DNA from: Roseburia sp.
GTDB taxonomy: Bacteria > Bacillota > Clostridia > Oscillospirales > Ruminococcaceae
NCBI GenBank assembly: GCA_023666265.1
Contig: JAMPCH010000001.1
Span: 87,808-151,807 of the forward strand
Direction of reading: 5' to 3'
DNA: 64,000 nucleotides
This document shows, piece by piece, positions 60,099 through 64,000 of the stretch. Position 1 is the first letter of the stretch; the number at the start of each line of letters is the position of its first letter. The notes under the pieces were generated by a model. The model had not been told where the DNA came from. It did no database searches and worked only from the letters and a program-made list of their open reading frames with translations. A program made the translations under genes and the position numbers.

Positions 60099-61832
60099 AT
60101 GAAATTGAAGAAAACGGAAAAATTCGGTTTTGTGTTTTTATGGGTTGCCTTGGCGATCGCGGTTTTATCGGTCGTCGGTATTTTTGTGTCCTCTTTTGGC
60201 GAAGGCGAGGCGGACGAGGAGGAAACCATCGTTGACGAAGGTTTTGAGTCCTTTGAGCTTGGCTGGAAAAATCAATACGGGCTGTCTTATGATCTGACAA
60301 AGGTCTTTCAGCGGGAGAGAGTAAACGATACGACGACCGTTGTTTCCGTAACAAAAAATATCCCCGATGATTTTAAAGGCGGCGCGTTGTTCTTTCGGAC
60401 GAATAATGTCGTCGTGAATGTTTATTTAAATGATAAGCCGGTCTCTTATGTATATGAAAACGGGGATTATCTCGGTATGCCGACCTTTCAGTCATATCGA
60501 CTGATCCGCTTTAACGAAAAGGACGCGGGGAAAGAGATCCGGCTCGAGATGTACCCGACGCTGTTTTCGTTTAACTGCGGGATAGATAACGTATATTTCG
60601 GCGACTCGTCGATGATCGTTATGAATAAGGTCGCCGACGGGATCTTCCCGTTGATCCTGACCGCGATCCTTTTTTTCGCGGGATTGTTTTTTGTCTGTAT
60701 CGGGGTCATTACACATAACGTTATGGAGCATTATCGCGGAATGATTTTTTACGGTCTGTTTTCCGTGTTCCTCTCCGTTTGGATCTTGAGCGGTACGGTA
60801 TGGATCTATCTGTTCACCGATAATCCGAAAGTGATCGACATCGGACTTCACCTTTATTTAATGACGGCGATCTTATTCGGGCTTCTTTACGTCTATGATG
60901 TTTTTCGGTTGGTTCATATCTCGATGTATCGGGTACTGCTTTGTGTCTGGGCTTTGATGACGGTCGCTTTTGTGGCGCTGATGATCAGCGGCATTCTCCA
61001 GCCGGGTCAGCTCTTATTTGTTGAGCATATCTTGATCGTGATCGCCGCAGTCGTTCTCTTGATCGAAATGTTCAGCTATTTGGTTTATCATCAAGGAAAT
61101 AAGGAAAAGACGAAGCTCTTTAATTTCGGGATCATCTTCTTTGTTATTTTTGGGCTTTATGATATTTGTCGGTTTTATCAGGGGAATGACGGCGACTATT
61201 CCGCGGCGACGCGGATCGGCGTGATCCTTTTGACCGTGACCGCCGCCGCGATGGAGATCAAAGAGGCAATCACACTTCTCCAGCTCGGGATCAAGGCGGG
61301 GAAGATCGGTAAGATCGCCTATACCGACGCGAATACCGGGATCGGGAATTCTGCGGCATTCAAACTTAAAATGGATATGCTCGAGGTCACGCGAACGAAT
61401 TACACCTATATCGGGATCATTCAATTCGACGTGAATAACCTTAAGATCATTAACGATACGAAGGGGCATGAAGCGGGAGACCTTTTGATCAAAACGGCGG
61501 CGAATATCATCGACCGAAGCTTTGGAACGATCGGGACTTGTTATCGAGTGGGCGGCGACGAATTTGTCGCGATCACCACATACAGTCACGCGCCGTTGGC
61601 GTGTGAAGAGGCGATCTCGAGATTTGAATCGCTGATCGAACAGTTTAACCAAAATCCCACAAAGCCGTTTGAGCTTAGGATCGCTTACGGCGTCGCGTAT
61701 TATCAGAATACCGAGAACCGCTATATTACTTTAAAAGAAGTACATAAGATCGCGGACGAACGTATGTATAACAAGAAAAAAGAATTAAAAGCGCGCTATG
61801 CGAAAACTCCCGAGGAGGCGGTGATCCGATAA
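60099..61832 (+). CDS. Sensor diguanylate cyclase: 7TM-DISM-like membrane/extracytoplasmic N-terminus plus C-terminal GGDEF
   Basis: N-terminal signal/TM plus extracellular approximately 170 aa, then 7 TM helices. RVGGDEFVAIT GGDEF motif. Confidence 0.85.
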   Translation: MKLKKTEKFGFVFLWVALAIAVLSVVGIFVSSFGEGEADEEETIVDEGFESFELGWKNQYGLSYDLTKVFQRERVNDTTTVVSVTKNIPDDFKGGALFFRTNNVVVNVYLNDKPVSYVYENGDYLGMPTFQSYRLIRFNEKDAGKEIRLEMYPTLFSFNCGIDNVYFGDSSMIVMNKVADGIFPLILTAILFFAGLFFVCIGVITHNVMEHYRGMIFYGLFSVFLSVWILSGTVWIYLFTDNPKVIDIGLHLYLMTAILFGLLYVYDVFRLVHISMYRVLLCVWALMTVAFVALMISGILQPGQLLFVEHILIVIAAVVLLIEMFSYLVYHQGNKEKTKLFNFGIIFFVIFGLYDICRFYQGNDGDYSAATRIGVILLTVTAAAMEIKEAITLLQLGIKAGKIGKIAYTDANTGIGNSAAFKLKMDMLEVTRTNYTYIGIIQFDVNNLKIINDTKGHEAGDLLIKTAANIIDRSFGTIGTCYRVGGDEFVAITTYSHAPLACEEAISRFESLIEQFNQNPTKPFELRIAYGVAYYQNTENRYITLKEVHKIADERMYNKKKELKARYAKTPEEAVIR

Positions 61833-62152
61833 TGAGCTATGGAGATTTTTTCCTTCGGTTTGAAGAACCTGTTTATGTTTGTGAACGTTGCGGAAATATT
61901 CTGCGCTTGTTGTTTTGTGGCGAGAACGATGAGATACAATGTGATTTTTGCGGCTGTATGATGACAAAAACCGATCAAAAGCTCTCCGAGGAGGAGGGGA
62001 TTTTGATGTACTACACAACGAACGAAGCGCTGGTTTTTCAGAGTAAAATTTTTCAAAAATATGTAAGAAACAGTAAATGGTATAGCTCAAACGCTCACAC
62101 CGCGCGTGATGTGGAACGGAAGCGGGAAAACAGACGTTATATGTTTTTTTAA
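61832..62152 (+). CDS. Small zinc-ribbon protein (CxxC...CxxC), translationally coupled to the GGDEF gene
   Basis: VCERCGN...CDFCGC pattern. TAATG overlap with the upstream stop. Confidence 0.5.
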   Translation: MSYGDFFLRFEEPVYVCERCGNILRLLFCGENDEIQCDFCGCMMTKTDQKLSEEEGILMYYTTNEALVFQSKIFQKYVRNSKWYSSNAHTARDVERKRENRRYMFF

Positions 62153-62242
62153 TTTATTTAATCGTAATTCATCTCTGTCGAAACGGGAAGCCCTCGGCAG
62201 GGATGGATTCTTGTATTTTATCATAGCGAAAGGAAGTAAAAA

Positions 62243-64000
62243 AATGTTCTCAAAAGAAAGGTTTTTGACGGATTTTCAAAAGGTGCTGAATGACGAATAC
62301 GGCGTAGCGGCAGGGAAGGCGACGCCCGCACAGATCCATCACGCGGTATCGGACGCGGTCATGCGCTCGATCTCCGACGATTGGTCAAAGAGTAGGGAAG
62401 CGCATCTTTCCGCGCGGCGCGCCTGTTATTTTTCCATGGAGTTTTTGATGGGAAGGGCGGTCTATAACAACCTCCTTTGTCTCGGGATCGATAAAGAAGT
62501 CCAAAAAGCGCTCGAGGAGGTCGGCGCCGATCTCTCCGACTTAGAGGAGATCGAGGACGCGGCGCTCGGAAACGGCGGGCTCGGACGGCTTGCGGCATGT
62601 TTTTTGGACAGCGCGGCGACAATGGATCTCCCGCTCGACGGCTATGGGATACGCTATAAATACGGCTTATTCAAGCAGTCGATCGAGGATGGCTTTCAGC
62701 GGGAAGCGGCGGATCATTGGACGCGCTTCGGCGATCCGTGGAGTAAGCGGGTGAACGCGGACGAGGTGACGGTCGTCTACGGGGATCAGACTGTGCGTGC
62801 CGTACCTTACGATATGCCGATCGTCGCATACGGAACGAACCATGTCGGAACGCTTCGCCTTTGGCAGTCGAAACCGATCAATGAATTTGATTTCGGCTTG
62901 TTCAACGATCAGAAGTACGATGAGGCGTGCCGTGAGCAATGCCGCGCGGAGGATATTTCCCGCGTTTTATACCCGAACGATGATACGCGGGAAGGGAAGA
63001 TCCTTCGCTTAAAACAGGAATATTTTTTCTCCTCCGCCTCGGTACAGGATATTGTCAAAAAATATAAGGCACGGGGGGGAGACCCGAGAAAAATTTATGA
63101 AAAGATCGCGATCCAGCTTAACGATACCCACCCGGTCATCTCGATCCCCGAGCTGATCCGAATCCTTACAGACGAAGAGAGACTGGATTTCTTTGAATCG
63201 CTCGAGATCGCGAAAAAAACCTTCCATTATACAAACCATACCATTATGGCGGAGGCGCTTGAAAAATGGAGTGTCGAGATCGTCCGAGAGGTCTTACCGC
63301 GTATTTATGAGATCATTTTACAGATCAACGAGGCGTTTATCGGGGAAATGTATAAGGCGGGGAAGCTCCAAAGTGAGATCTATCCGCTTAAACCGATCTC
63401 CGCCGACATGATCCATATGGCGAAAATGGCGATCTACTGTTCCTCTCATGTGAACGGCGTCGCCGAGATCCATACCGAGATCCTGAAAAACGACGCTTTA
63501 AAGGAATGGTATGAGATCTATCCCGAAAAGTTCCTGAACGAGACGAACGGGATCACGCCCCGAAGGTGGCTCGCGCTTTGTAACCCCGAGCTTTCCGCGC
63601 TGATCAACGAGCTGAATAAGGGGAGCGAGTGGGTCACGGACTTAGAACAGCTCCAAAAGCTGAAATGGTTCGCGGACGACCGCCACGAGCTTCAGCGCTT
63701 TATGGACATCAAGCACGAGAAAAAGCGTCAGCTCGCCGCGTATATCCGCGAGCATGAGGGCGTCGAGATCGACCCCGACAGTATTTTTGACATTCAGATC
63801 AAGCGGCTTCACGAATATAAGCGTCAGCTTTTAAACGCCTTCGGGATCTTGTACCTTTATTTTGGGATCAAGGACGGCTCAATCCGCGATTTTTATCCGA
63901 TGACCTTTATTTTTGGGGCAAAATCCGCTCCCGGCTATCGACGCGCGAAAGGGATCATTAAGTATATCAACGAGATCGGGAAGCTCGTCAACGGCGACCC
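62243..64000 (+). CDS. glgP: Glycogen/alpha-glucan phosphorylase (partial, runs off window)
   Basis: YFSMEFLMGR, GNGGLGRLAACF, DGYGIRY, NDTHP motifs. Confidence 0.92.

Noticed and set aside
1-64000. CRISPR arrays, tRNA/rRNA genes, prophage or integrase genes
   Set aside because: No regularly spaced direct repeats, no cloverleaf-like conserved tRNA sequence blocks, and no integrase, recombinase or phage structural gene signatures were seen in any intergenic or coding region.

Overview
Chromosomal segment of a high-GC (~55-60%) Firmicutes/Clostridia-type genome. The yabP-yabQ-divIC and spoVB-like sporulation genes, HU, and MreB point to a spore-forming anaerobe, probably of the Oscillospiraceae/Ruminococcaceae type. 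Most of the window is core metabolism and housekeeping. metK sits behind a SAM-I riboswitch. Also present are a single-chain purL, L-fucose isomerase, and a complete trpEGDCFBA operon behind a Trp-specifier T-box leader with a consensus promoter. An agmatine deiminase/N-carbamoylputrescine amidase pair follows. A same-strand PduL-GNAT-PunA-MtnA-MtaD cluster looks like a deaminase-route MTA/5'-deoxyadenosine salvage operon. A LacI-regulated GH95 fucosidase / DUF1273 / GH2 glycan-degradation locus and two GGDEF diguanylate cyclases are also present. Accessory or unusual content: (1) a ~1.5 kb low-GC islet (10.1-11.6 kb) with three small genes (hypothetical, PNPOx/Nim-like, P-loop kinase) next to a GyrI-like gene; (2) a degraded insertion-sequence patch (IS1182-family transposase pseudogene with A-run frameshifts, plus an opposite-strand IS30-like HTH stub) right after the GH2 gene; (3) a recurring palindromic element CACCG(C/T)ACAAT...ATTGT(G/A)CGGTG found in at least three intergenic regions, once as a bidirectional terminator and once bracketing ~160 bp inside the long PduL leader; (4) a CCA-tRNA nucleotidyltransferase gene whose conserved N-terminal ~96 codons have no start codon and run into the mtaD stop across an A-run. 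No CRISPR array, tRNA or rRNA gene was recognised. I could not identify a clear-cut novel multi-gene system such as a defence system. The candidates listed are the most unusual structures I can support from sequence alone.
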